The notes: a model not told the origin generated them from the letters alone. Numbered from the stretch's first letter, positions 9,126-19,243 are shown. The stretch is DNA of 64,000 bases from Promethearchaeota archaeon (GCA_014728035.1 WJMJ01000128.1:1-64000), one strand, 5' to 3'. Translations and numbers: made by a program.

Positions 9126-9255
9126 CGTTACGCATTATTGTACATCAATGTTCATTTTTGTACATTATTTCATTTTTCTGATTGTGTTGCAAAATTCAAA
9201 CCAATGATTTAAAGAACGAAAAGGATTATGAATCTCTAATTGACGAGATAACATA

Positions 9256-11577
9256 TTGGCGATAATAATGAGAAGAATGATTCCAGTAACTTTGTTGATG
9301 GTTTTTCTTTTAGCAAGCCCATTAGCAATCGCGAGTAGTGAACTTATCCGAAACACTACAACAGAAACAGAATCTATTGATACGGGGAGAAATACATCCC
9401 TCTCTACTATCAATAAAGCAACCGATGATTGGAAAATGAGTCATGTTGAAAACGGCAGGTTCGAGAATTGGAACAATCCGCATGATCCTGATTCATTCAA
9501 TGACTATCAATCCCGTGAGCATTTCACATGGTATGCAAGCAATCCATGGCCAGTCAGTGAGGGAAGCAAATCATTTGGGTTACAAGTAAAAGCTGTTGAT
9601 GAGTATCATCATTCTGAAGCACAGCTAAATCCAAACCCACAATCTCAATGGGACAACCCAACAAATCTCACGATTAGTTTCGATTATTATTTAGATTCCA
9701 TTGTGAACCCATCGAATGTCAATTTCTTCCATCTGGAGCTAAAAATGAAAGAGAACTTTGCTACAAAATACTTGCATTATTACATGAAGGGAGCAAGTAT
9801 CAGTTCGAATAGTTCGTACTACGCATATTTCAACTTGGATAGTCCACTAGACCAGTGGAATTCCTTCAATCGTAATATCACGGAGGATTTCTTTGATGTC
9901 TTTGGTGCATATCCATCAGCATTCACAACAATGTATTTCTATCTACAAACGGAAGAATCAGCTTATAGTCGAGTCTTTGTTGATGATTTCTATATGGTAA
10001 ATAATACTGTGAGAATTGGTGGAAGTGTGAATAATGGAAATTTCGAGGGTAGTGGAACATGGTATTCGACACAAGATTCGGATCCTGGAGATATATCTCA
10101 AACTACTGATAGACAAGAAGGGAATTGGGCTCTCAATATGACAACTCTATCCCATGGAAATAATAGTAATGCAGAATTTTCATTCGACCCAAACATTCGA
10201 ACAACCAGTCAAAATCAAGACCGTTTTGAGTTCCCGTGGAAGATAGATGACTGGCAGGTTCCTGATGAAGACAGTTATCTATCCATGCAAGTGGAAATGT
10301 CTAATAACACCCACGAGTTCCACATCTTCTATTGGTTCTGCTATGTGGGTACTGTCGCACCAGTACAATACGAGGGATACAACGAAATACTTGTAGACGA
10401 TTTCAATTCAACGGGTACATGGAACTATTTCAATCGCAGTATTTGGGAAGATGTAACTGCGCTGAATGTCACCACAGAGCTAGTGATTGAAGGTATAGAG
10501 TTTCACATGGAATGTAGAGAGCCTGGTAGCAGATTGGTATTTCTTACGGACAACATGAGCATAACAGCATCAGCTCTTAATGACCGGGATTACGAAGACC
10601 AGCTTGCTGTTGACACCCCAATACGTTCATGGGGTACAAACGGAATAGATGAAGATTCAAACCTACTTGTAACTGACTTTGCCTACTCTGGAAACAAGGC
10701 TGCGAATCTCACACTAACTGACAACTCGAACATATGGATGGACCAAGAACTCAAAGAAAGAACACTGAATTCAACAACTGAACTCTATCTAGATTTCAAT
10801 TGGTATTTGGATGATTTTTCAGCACTTGAGGATGACGAGATTCTAATCTACGTCAGCTTCTATGATTACAATATCTATTATGTTCTTGCAACAGGAAGAA
10901 GTTCGACATATGCAGGAGAGGGTGATGCATACATCATGTTACCAGAAGCAAACCAGACCGGTACTTGGATAAATACCCAGATTAATTTGTATCAAGACTT
11001 CTATGATACATATGAAGAAGCCCCAATATACATTGACTATATTGCAATAGGGGCAGACACGGATGCTGGAGGTAGACTTGAAATAATCTTTGATGATCTC
11101 TATATCTATGAAGGTTCTCCTCCTGTTATTAGCGATGTGAAACAAACTCCTCTGAGTCCAAACACAGAAGAGACTGTTGATGTCTATGCAGTAGTTCAAG
11201 ATCCAAGTCTTGATATGGTCTGGTTAGAATACAGAGTGGATGGTGGTACATGGTCAGAAGTCATAATGACTGAAACCGTATCTTCAAACTACACTGCGAC
11301 AATCCCAACTCAACTAGTAGACTCAGAAGTTGAATATCGGATTACCGCGAATGATACGTTTGGAAAGCTCTCAACATCTATTAACGGAACTGACTATTAC
11401 AACTATACAGTAGTCGAAACCGATGTGCCCTCGACTACCACAACAACTTCTACAACTACACCTCCAGATCCAATAATACTAGATCCTACAGCCATTATGT
11501 TAATTGGAGCACTATTAGCAATAGCTGTGATCGCGGTGTACTTTGTAGTTATTCGCCCAAAACAGACTAGCAGTTAG
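9256..11577 (+). CDS. Secreted, C-terminally anchored surface glycoprotein with repeated CBM-like beta domains
   Basis: Signal peptide; repeated NGxFE...W..FNRxIxxD units; Ig-like domain; Thr-rich linker; C-terminal TM; many NxS/T sequons. Confidence 0.75.
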   Translation: MAIIMRRMIPVTLLMVFLLASPLAIASSELIRNTTTETESIDTGRNTSLSTINKATDDWKMSHVENGRFENWNNPHDPDSFNDYQSREHFTWYASNPWPVSEGSKSFGLQVKAVDEYHHSEAQLNPNPQSQWDNPTNLTISFDYYLDSIVNPSNVNFFHLELKMKENFATKYLHYYMKGASISSNSSYYAYFNLDSPLDQWNSFNRNITEDFFDVFGAYPSAFTTMYFYLQTEESAYSRVFVDDFYMVNNTVRIGGSVNNGNFEGSGTWYSTQDSDPGDISQTTDRQEGNWALNMTTLSHGNNSNAEFSFDPNIRTTSQNQDRFEFPWKIDDWQVPDEDSYLSMQVEMSNNTHEFHIFYWFCYVGTVAPVQYEGYNEILVDDFNSTGTWNYFNRSIWEDVTALNVTTELVIEGIEFHMECREPGSRLVFLTDNMSITASALNDRDYEDQLAVDTPIRSWGTNGIDEDSNLLVTDFAYSGNKAANLTLTDNSNIWMDQELKERTLNSTTELYLDFNWYLDDFSALEDDEILIYVSFYDYNIYYVLATGRSSTYAGEGDAYIMLPEANQTGTWINTQINLYQDFYDTYEEAPIYIDYIAIGADTDAGGRLEIIFDDLYIYEGSPPVISDVKQTPLSPNTEETVDVYAVVQDPSLDMVWLEYRVDGGTWSEVIMTETVSSNYTATIPTQLVDSEVEYRITANDTFGKLSTSINGTDYYNYTVVETDVPSTTTTTSTTTPPDPIILDPTAIMLIGALLAIAVIAVYFVVIRPKQTSS

Positions 11578-11613
11578 AATATGGTATATGCCTTTGTTCA
11601 TTGAGAAATTGAT

Positions 11614-11638
11614 GAGCAAAGGTACTTGCTCTTTTTTT
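11614..11638 (+). terminator. Hairpin plus T7 terminator
   Basis: GAGCAA-AGGTAC-TTGCTC-TTTTTTT. Confidence 0.65.
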
Positions 11639-11666
11639 ACGAAACTGATTTTAGATACAAAACTTA

Positions 11667-12320
11667 TTGTTTAGTATGAACAAAAAGACAGCTGCTTTGT
11701 TACTCATCGTGGTTATTGTTGTTTCCAGTGTAGTTCTATTCGTTCTACGGGGGAGGACTGGTATATTATTTGACGCTGGTGACAGATATGATTCGACAAA
11801 ATTGGACTACATGAATGTCGTATATGAGAATAGAACAGATATCCTAGCATTCAATGAAGGATACAGCGAATCAGACAATTGTCCATGGGGGTTTGAACAT
11901 AATGGAATTGATTATTTCCTTGCAAACGATTCAGTGGTTATAGCTGCTGCTCCAGGTCAGGTTATAGATATCGAATGGAAAGACTATGGAGAAGGTGAAG
12001 AAAATAGGTTCCATATCAGAATTACAATCCGTTTCAATGCGACTGTAGAGATAGGATACAACTTTGAGCCGTGGACGCAAAATGAAGCAGATAAGAATCA
12101 ACAAATAGCAATGTTCGATGTAGAGGTTGGAGAGTGGGTTGAAATTGGCGATAAAATTGCAAGCTTTCTTAATGTTGGTGATGGAGCACATATTCACTTT
12201 GATGTGATTCAAGATAACACACGCTACTGCCCAAAACAGTATTTCTCACAAGAAGGATACGCAGAGATTATGGAGATGATTCATTCATTCCATCCTACAT
12301 GGGAGCTATGCTATCCATAA
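11667..12320 (+). CDS. Membrane-anchored M23-family metallopeptidase-like protein
   Basis: N-terminal TM; HNGIDY (HxxxD), VIAAAPGQV, VEVGEWVEIGDKI, HIHF (HxH). Confidence 0.7.
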   Translation: MFSMNKKTAALLLIVVIVVSSVVLFVLRGRTGILFDAGDRYDSTKLDYMNVVYENRTDILAFNEGYSESDNCPWGFEHNGIDYFLANDSVVIAAAPGQVIDIEWKDYGEGEENRFHIRITIRFNATVEIGYNFEPWTQNEADKNQQIAMFDVEVGEWVEIGDKIASFLNVGDGAHIHFDVIQDNTRYCPKQYFSQEGYAEIMEMIHSFHPTWELCYP

Positions 12321-12328
12321 CCTATCCG

Positions 12329-13390
12329 TTATCGTATATGATAAGTAAAGAACCGGTCAAGATACATTGACATCCATTTATAGAAGTCGCCAAACAGTTT
12401 TCTGACAAACTCCAAGTCAAAACGTTCTCTCAGAATCATATCGACTACTGCTTTTCGCAAGAACGGGTAGTAGTGTGGAAATGGTAGCACATTAACAGGA
12501 AAGACTTTGTGTTTTGTCAAAAAGATATTTACTCGCTCCACCCAGCGTGCATTGATGACATCTTCAGAGTATGATTTTGGATCCTCGACCATTAGCGATT
12601 CTAGCTCAGCTAGAATAGGAGAAAATATCTCATTTTGAATAGCATCAAAAGAGAACCCCTCTTCTTTTGCATCAGTATTCCGGACAATCTTCTTATAGAG
12701 TCCTGCTAGGTCATCTGACCCTGGAACATCATAGACAGACCGTTGAAGGCTTACAAGTCGCTGAAATTCCGATGTCAGTTTTCGTTCTTTTTCTAGTACT
12801 GAAAATACATTGATGAAATGTGTGCTGTCCCAATCTGGGCAATCAAAGACATCGCGGTAAGTTTGAATTGTCTTTCGGTATGCGGTAGGTAGCCGCAACT
12901 CATGAGGACTAGTGATACTCCAAATATTCATGAAGATATACGGAGGGATATCTAATCGTTCATTGGGATTTACCCTATAGCTTGGGAAACAATAGTTCCC
13001 GTCCACGACGATCAAGTCTGGATTGAAAAGACCATTTCCAGTCTGCTTAGCAAAAGCTGAGTCTGATTTTGATATTATTTCAGTTGTCTGTGAGGGAGAG
13101 AGTGGAAGAAACTCGCGAGGACGAACGAGATGGAGATTATCACTGAGGGGAAGATAATAACAAGTACCAACTTTATCCAAGGAAAATGCGGTATCGAATT
13201 TGCGTTCATCGGAAAATTGCAGATGTTGCATAGATTGGAAGAAATCTTGATTTGTGTGATTTATATCAATAGCTAATACTTTCCAAGGTTTAGGTCTCGA
13301 AAGAGCCCATACAGCCAAGTTAACAGACATTGGACTCTTGCCGCTTCCACCTTTGTTGCTCGTTACAATTACTGTCTTTGGTTTTTTCAT
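12329..13390 (-). CDS. ParA/MinD-like P-loop protein with divergent C-terminus
   Basis: Deviant Walker A SNKGGSGKS, VLAIDIN, DLIVVDG. Confidence 0.7.
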   Translation of the reverse strand: MKKPKTVIVTSNKGGSGKSPMSVNLAVWALSRPKPWKVLAIDINHTNQDFFQSMQHLQFSDERKFDTAFSLDKVGTCYYLPLSDNLHLVRPREFLPLSPSQTTEIISKSDSAFAKQTGNGLFNPDLIVVDGNYCFPSYRVNPNERLDIPPYIFMNIWSITSPHELRLPTAYRKTIQTYRDVFDCPDWDSTHFINVFSVLEKERKLTSEFQRLVSLQRSVYDVPGSDDLAGLYKKIVRNTDAKEEGFSFDAIQNEIFSPILAELESLMVEDPKSYSEDVINARWVERVNIFLTKHKVFPVNVLPFPHYYPFLRKAVVDMILRERFDLEFVRKLFGDFYKWMSMYLDRFFTYHIR

Positions 13391-13391
13391 A

Positions 13392-14345
13392 CTATTTCAC
13401 CCAACTCCATCTCAAATGATGCGAAAGACCAATTACAATTTCCAGAATGGTACCCCAGCCAATCACCAAAATAAGATCAGTTACAACTTGGATAACTACA
13501 ACTCCTACAAAAGTAAGAAAGAGCTTTCTAATGATTTGATTTGGCGAGGACAAGCGGGTCAGATCGCTCCTTGCTTTTTCTAGCAATCTGATATTTGCAC
13601 GCATATCCCGGGTCGCATCCTCTAACTTAGCCTTGACATATCCTTGGTCATCAGAAAAGGTACCTTCTTCAAGAATGATCATCTCATTTTTCCACCGTTT
13701 CAGATATTCTCCAAGAGCCTCAAGTACACTTGCTCTATTTTCATTAACCATGACTTCATATCTGCCAACTTCATAGACCACGACTTTGATTACGCTTGCA
13801 AGAACAATAAGGGTTCCAAAACTAAGTGAGCTACTAAGGAAAAATCCAACAGAGAGTAGTTCATTTCCAGGAAAGAATTGCTCAAGAATTGAAAATGCAC
13901 GTACACCAGCTGCTTTGTATGCAGTGATGAAGAACAATAGTCGTATTGTCAAGTAGCTTCGAGAGAGACTCAATCGCCACCAACTAATAGTAGGTGTTCC
14001 GCCAGCACTGAAGGGACTGTGAATAAATACTGAAAAAATAATTCCACCAGTATTCAGTACAAATAGTAATGAAACGAGAAGAAGTCCCAAGCCTAAAGCG
14101 AGTCGAACCCATCCGGTTACACTCATGACACCAGCATCAACTTGTTCCAACACCAATTGGAGTTCTATGAATTGACGTTGGAAAATTGCGTCCTGCATAG
14201 CAGTGATCAAAGTGGGATGCGTCAGAAGATAGCCAAGAAAGAACACTGCATAGAGAGAGATTGCAACAATAGAAGCCGCACTAACTGACGTAAAGAAGGT
14301 ACCTAACCTATCGTCTAATTTAGTTCTATGTGACTTCTGGCTCAT
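13392..14345 (-). CDS. Multi-pass membrane protein with cytoplasmic coiled-coil segment
   Basis: About 5 hydrophobic helices; ends 1 nt before the ParA-like gene. Confidence 0.7.
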   Translation of the reverse strand: MSQKSHRTKLDDRLGTFFTSVSAASIVAISLYAVFFLGYLLTHPTLITAMQDAIFQRQFIELQLVLEQVDAGVMSVTGWVRLALGLGLLLVSLLFVLNTGGIIFSVFIHSPFSAGGTPTISWWRLSLSRSYLTIRLLFFITAYKAAGVRAFSILEQFFPGNELLSVGFFLSSSLSFGTLIVLASVIKVVVYEVGRYEVMVNENRASVLEALGEYLKRWKNEMIILEEGTFSDDQGYVKAKLEDATRDMRANIRLLEKARSDLTRLSSPNQIIRKLFLTFVGVVVIQVVTDLILVIGWGTILEIVIGLSHHLRWSWVK

Positions 14346-14469
14346 TAGGTATACCCCGGTGGTGGCGGCTTTTCGAGGCTTGACTCATTTAGAGACTTGA
14401 GTATATGATATTATCTTGTAGGAATCAAAAGCATAATAGTTGCTGCATTCAAGCATTAAATAAACAGAA

Positions 14470-15627
14470 TCATAATTGCTTGGTCTGAACGCCACCAGGA
14501 ATCATGCATTCGAGGGTTGTTGGAATCTTTCCAGTTTCTGACTCGTATCTTTTCTGAATGTATGACATAAATTTGGACACACTATTTGATTTTACCATAC
14601 AAAGAACTGCACCGCCAAACCCAGCTCCAGTCATCCTTGCTCCCAAAACTCCTTGATGGCGAGTTGTTAAATCAACCAATAAATCCAGTTTTGGATGAGA
14701 CACTTCGTAAAGATCGCGTGAACTGGTATGAGAACGAATCATAATCTTTCCAAATTCTTCCAAATCATTGTGCTGAATTGCAACAATTCCATTCCGGACC
14801 CTACTATTCTCTTTAACAACATGTTCTACTCTCTTAGACAACTTATCATCCAAAACATCATCAAGAATATCAAGTTGTGATGGATCGATATCACTAAGTG
14901 TGCCAATGTCCCAACCCGCTTCATTCAATATCCTCAAGGCTTGTTGACATTCTCGACGCCTTTCATTCAAAGCATCACCTGCTGCTCGAGATATCATCGA
15001 GTCAACAACAACGAATTTAATATCAGGTGATATTGGCACATGACGAACTTGAAGATTCTGACAATTTATACCCAGCAAGGAGTTGTTTTTTCCAAGCTGT
15101 GAAGTGAATTGGTCCATCACCCCACAAGATACCATACAATATACTCGTTCAGCCTCAAAAGAAATCATAGCAGCAGCCTTTGGAGAAAGGTCAAGCGAAT
15201 CCAATTGTGCAACGAGATTTGTTAGTGACACTTCAAAAGCAGCTGATGAACTCAGACCAGACCCTTGTGGAACATTTCCATGGATAACTGCCGTAATTCC
15301 AGATGGATTGTGTTTTCGACGATTAAGTGCCCAATAGATACCTTTCGCATATTCGGTCCAATCTGGCTTGTCATACTTTGGAACATCAGAAGGACTGAAA
15401 GAAAAAGTTGCATCATAATCCATTGAGTGTAGATGTACTTCTGTACTTGAAACTCCTAATATCCAAACAAACCTATCAATGGTCGCAGCAAGAACCAGAC
15501 CTCCATTGTAATCAGTATGATTGCCCAGAACTTCTATCCGGCCAGGTGCTCGAGATAATACGGGATGAATGTTATTTGAACCAACAAATTCCTGTAATGT
15601 ATGGAGCATGTTTTCCGGCAAGTCCAT
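14470..15627 (-). CDS. galK: Galactokinase
   Basis: APGRIEVLGNHTDYNGG, PQGSGLSSSAA, CGVMDQ, GARMTGAGFGG. Confidence 0.95.
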   Translation of the reverse strand: MDLPENMLHTLQEFVGSNNIHPVLSRAPGRIEVLGNHTDYNGGLVLAATIDRFVWILGVSSTEVHLHSMDYDATFSFSPSDVPKYDKPDWTEYAKGIYWALNRRKHNPSGITAVIHGNVPQGSGLSSSAAFEVSLTNLVAQLDSLDLSPKAAAMISFEAERVYCMVSCGVMDQFTSQLGKNNSLLGINCQNLQVRHVPISPDIKFVVVDSMISRAAGDALNERRRECQQALRILNEAGWDIGTLSDIDPSQLDILDDVLDDKLSKRVEHVVKENSRVRNGIVAIQHNDLEEFGKIMIRSHTSSRDLYEVSHPKLDLLVDLTTRHQGVLGARMTGAGFGGAVLCMVKSNSVSKFMSYIQKRYESETGKIPTTLECMIPGGVQTKQL

Positions 15628-16568
15628 CAGACTGCCTCCCTCAATTCTTTTGCAATAGCCTCTGGAGAGGAGTCATTGGTATATGTGAAACTACCAGTTT
15701 CAACACCACCAAGATACTTGATACGAGTTCGGTCCCGCCATGGAGGATAGAATTCAATATGAAAGTGCCAATAGGGATACTTTCTCTTTGAAGGGCGTGT
15801 ATGAAATGCCATTATGTATGCATTTTCATCAAATACCTTATTGTATCTTCGAGCAATATCCCGAATTATTTTTCCTAGTTCCAGTAACTGCTCCTTCATT
15901 TGCAGCAGACTAGAAACATGGGAAAAGGGGTAAATATGTACTTCATAGGGTAGACGAGCAAAGAATGGAACAACCGCTAAGAAATTGTCAGTTTTTGTGA
16001 TAATTCTAGAGGTGGCTGATTTAAGTTCATTAGAGATAATCTGACAGATCACACATTCCTCTTCAGACTCCCATAATCTCTCTGCTTGGTATATCTCGCG
16101 CTGTATCCGAGGGGGTATGAAAGGCATTGCGTAAACCTGTGCGTGAGGATGATTCAGACTCACACCAATCGCCTTTCCCCGATTCTCGAACTGAAATACA
16201 TATTCAATTCCTTTCAGAGCATCAAGTTCTTTGAACACTCTGGTATACTCATTCATGATCAGCCCAACCTGTTCATCGGACATATCCTCGATTTGAGTGT
16301 CGTGTTCTGGAGATGTCACTATTACTTTGCATACGCCATATGCAGGAGCTTCCATCACGATATCTCCATCGAGGGGCATCGGACCTACACCAGGAGACAA
16401 TGCAGGAAAACGATTCTCTAAGGTCAGAACTTTCCAATCACCCTGAGTTTCTTTTTGGCCAGGGCAAAACGGGCATTGACGCTCCTTTTTTTGAAATGGA
16501 CGTTTTGCTCGTTTTGGTGTGATTATTACCCATTCACCCAACATTGGATTCCATCGCACATGGCTCAT
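15627..16568 (-). CDS. galT: Galactose-1-phosphate uridylyltransferase
   Basis: RWNPMLGEWV, CPFCPG, FENRGKAIGVSLNHPHAQ. Confidence 0.95.
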   Translation of the reverse strand: MSHVRWNPMLGEWVIITPKRAKRPFQKKERQCPFCPGQKETQGDWKVLTLENRFPALSPGVGPMPLDGDIVMEAPAYGVCKVIVTSPEHDTQIEDMSDEQVGLIMNEYTRVFKELDALKGIEYVFQFENRGKAIGVSLNHPHAQVYAMPFIPPRIQREIYQAERLWESEEECVICQIISNELKSATSRIITKTDNFLAVVPFFARLPYEVHIYPFSHVSSLLQMKEQLLELGKIIRDIARRYNKVFDENAYIMAFHTRPSKRKYPYWHFHIEFYPPWRDRTRIKYLGGVETGSFTYTNDSSPEAIAKELREAV

Positions 16569-16686
16569 AGTCTAAATACACTCCAGTTACGAATGCTTCA
16601 AAATAGAGATACTGAAGAATCTTACCGAATACCTATTATTACAAAGATAGGAAATTCTAAAGGTTCCTTATCGTTTCGCACAGTAG

Positions 16687-17448
16687 GTGAAATTGTTGGT
16701 AGAAGATCTGAAAAAGAGATTACAAAGAATTGCAGCATCTGCATGGCCTGCTAAAGAGATGGAGCAATATGGGGGATGGCTATTAAGAGCCAACAATGGA
16801 ATAACCAGTAGAGCTAACAGTGTGTTTCCTGAAGACAATCCTCCTGCAGAGTTAGAAGAAGCTATCGAATACGCAATTTCCTTCTACATGAAGCGGTCTA
16901 TTGAGCCACAATTTCAACTTACCCACTTCACCAAACCATCAAACCTTGATGAAGCTCTTGATGCGAGAGGGTTTACCATATTGATGCCAACCCAAGTCCA
17001 GATTGCAAATATAGACGACATTCTAAAAACCGCATCAAAAAACGCGGTAGAGGTTTCCAATGAAGTAACCGATGAATGGATAGAATGGTACCAAAATATC
17101 ACTGGTAAAGGAGACTACTATATTAAAATAAGAAGAAGCATAATGGAAAGGATTCCACCACCAAAAATATTGGTATGGATTAGGCAAGATGAAAGAATAA
17201 CATCACTGGCCATGGGAGTTCTAAGAGAAGATTGGGTAGGGTTGTTTTCTGTTACGACAGATCCCAATTACAGAAGAACAGGAGGCGCAACAGCAGTGAC
17301 TCGATCTATTGCTGATTGGGCAAAGAGGCATGGTGCGAAAAAGGCATATCTACAAGTTGAGAGTGATAATGCTCCGGCTCTGGCAATGTATCAAAAATTA
17401 GGATTTACAAAGTTCTTTGATTATTGGTATAGAACGCTCGAGGTGTAA
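16687..17448 (+). CDS. GNAT-family acetyltransferase
   Basis: GGWLLRA..G.TSRANS, VTTDPNYRRTGGA, YLQVESDNAPALAMYQKLGF. Confidence 0.9.
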   Translation: MKLLVEDLKKRLQRIAASAWPAKEMEQYGGWLLRANNGITSRANSVFPEDNPPAELEEAIEYAISFYMKRSIEPQFQLTHFTKPSNLDEALDARGFTILMPTQVQIANIDDILKTASKNAVEVSNEVTDEWIEWYQNITGKGDYYIKIRRSIMERIPPPKILVWIRQDERITSLAMGVLREDWVGLFSVTTDPNYRRTGGATAVTRSIADWAKRHGAKKAYLQVESDNAPALAMYQKLGFTKFFDYWYRTLEV

Positions 17449-17485
17449 TTCCCCGAGCTCAATACCAAGACCTCGTGTTACATTT

Positions 17486-18316
17486 TCAAATTCTTCTTAG
17501 CCAGGATTCATAGTCACTCTTTATTTTCTTAGCATCTTCACTGTCGCCAAAATTACTGGGATTGATTGATAATTTATCGCCATCTAAAACAGCTTCGACA
17601 ACAAGGATGCCAGGAACCTCTATTTTGAACCCAATTTTACCATCACGTTCAAAACGTTCAGTGTATACCAATTCAGCATTCTTCACGGTTGAAAAAAGAA
17701 GATATGCTGCTTTCTGATCGGCACTTCCGGTGGATACAGGTGACGTTTCTTTCTCAGGTTTTGAAACTGACTTAGGAACGGGTTTCGGGTCGGGTTTTGG
17801 TGGCTTTGGTGGTTTTGATACAGCCGGCTTTGGTTCAGAGGAAGCAGGACTTGATGTACTAATAGCAGGAGAAGCTTCATAGCTAGCATCAGAAGATTCA
17901 GGAGGAGGAGCAGTTGGTCCAGAGCCATCATCCAATGTAGCGAGAACTTCGTCTTCAAATGTCCATTTCTGGTCTAAAGCAGTCTTAAAGCGCTCAATAT
18001 TTGCAGCTACTTCGGGGTCTCCAGAGTCTTTTTCCATCATTTCAACAAGATGACTTGTGGCCATTCCGATAGTTGTCACTCCTACGCTATGACCAGATTT
18101 CTGAATTCCTTTTCCAATACGTAATGCATGCATACGTGTTGGCATATTCACATCACGACCAATCCATACCCAGCAAGTGTCATTAAATTCATCTAAAACA
18201 ATTAGAGCCCGATCACTAGTAACCATTCCGGGGTCTAATTTTACTGGCAAAATCTCACCAGAGTCATCTTCTAGCATAAGCACAAAAGGTCTTCTTGATA
18301 ACGTCTTAATTGGCAT
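17486..18316 (-). CDS. Single gelsolin-like domain, Pro-rich linker and C-terminal domain
   Basis: MVTSDRALIVLDEFNDTCWVWIG...MHALRIG matches the gelsolin repeat core; linker KPPKPPKPDPKPVPK. Confidence 0.75.
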   Translation of the reverse strand: MPIKTLSRRPFVLMLEDDSGEILPVKLDPGMVTSDRALIVLDEFNDTCWVWIGRDVNMPTRMHALRIGKGIQKSGHSVGVTTIGMATSHLVEMMEKDSGDPEVAANIERFKTALDQKWTFEDEVLATLDDGSGPTAPPPESSDASYEASPAISTSSPASSEPKPAVSKPPKPPKPDPKPVPKSVSKPEKETSPVSTGSADQKAAYLLFSTVKNAELVYTERFERDGKIGFKIEVPGILVVEAVLDGDKLSINPSNFGDSEDAKKIKSDYESWLRRI

Positions 18317-18425
18317 GTTAATACCTCCAATGGGTCTTGGTCCCAGTAATTTCTGGGAGTAGTCCTTTTTAACAAAATGTCAGACGAACTAGAAAAAGCA
18401 AGATTCCGTTGTAAATCCTCACCAA

Positions 18426-18692
18426 TTAAGACCCTAACGAAGTTGAGATCATATCCAGTTCTGCATCGATTGCCATAAGAGATTGGGTTTCTTCCATGCC
18501 CTTGATTCTACGAATCTTTGTAAGAATAATGTCGACAAGACTCTCCATATCTCTGCCGCGTACCTCTGCAATTATATCATATGGCCCAAAGACTTTATGA
18601 GCCTCTTCAGTAACATGAAGATTCAAAATTTCTTTGAGGACATTATCCTCTTCACCAGCCTTCGTTCTAATAAGAATGTAAGCTTTGACCAT
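18426..18692 (-). CDS. Stand-alone Lrp/AsnC ligand-binding (RAM) domain
   Basis: KAYILI...EAHKVFGPYDIIAEV...KIRRIKGMEETQSL. Confidence 0.9.
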   Translation of the reverse strand: MVKAYILIRTKAGEEDNVLKEILNLHVTEEAHKVFGPYDIIAEVRGRDMESLVDIILTKIRRIKGMEETQSLMAIDAELDMISTSLGS

Positions 18693-18877
18693 TGTGTATT
18701 ACCACCAAAGGGGATTAGCTCACGACTCTTATCTTCCTGATAAACTCTTCTGAAAAATAATTAGACTGATAAAATATCCTCTCAAACCAGATAACAAAGT
18801 GTGACTGAGTGACGCGTATTTTCGCGCCACATTCAGCCAAGAAGATTTGGTATGCGACAGAGTCGCAGCTTGTCATT

Positions 18878-19015
18878 TTAGTCGGACATAGCAAATCTTG
18901 GGCATTTGTCTTTGTTTATACCTGGTGTATCGCAGGGCTTGTTCATCCCTTCATAGAATTTGAAGCCATCAACGCCACATTTGCTTTCATCCGCATTAAA
19001 TTCTGGGCAGGTCAT
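18878..19015 (-). CDS. 45-aa four-cysteine micro-protein, probable metal binder
   Basis: GGAG SD; MTCPEF...KC...PC...KCPRF. Confidence 0.6.
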   Translation of the reverse strand: MTCPEFNADESKCGVDGFKFYEGMNKPCDTPGINKDKCPRFAMSD

Positions 19016-19243
19016 ATATTTGTTCTCCAGTATTGGTCCGCCATGTCGTATGTTCTTGAGAAACATTCAACATAGACTAGCGCAGAGAAATTCCCTTTAG
19101 AAACATATTAAGATTGTTCGGACACAATTGAAAATTCGTAAGGTTTGATAGCTTATCGAAGTCGAATAATAGGACAATCTATGCTGCATATCTCTATAAC
19201 ACATCAATTGTATAATTGTAAGATAGTTGTGGAGTTGAATACC

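Noticed and set aside
8740-9135. 131-aa ORF upstream of trpB
   Set aside because: Starts upstream of the TATA box, overlaps trpB and has no motifs; the leader uORF is in another frame.
18800-18877. Possible SECIS element
   Set aside because: No correctly placed tandem GA quartet, and no in-frame TGA in the upstream ORF.
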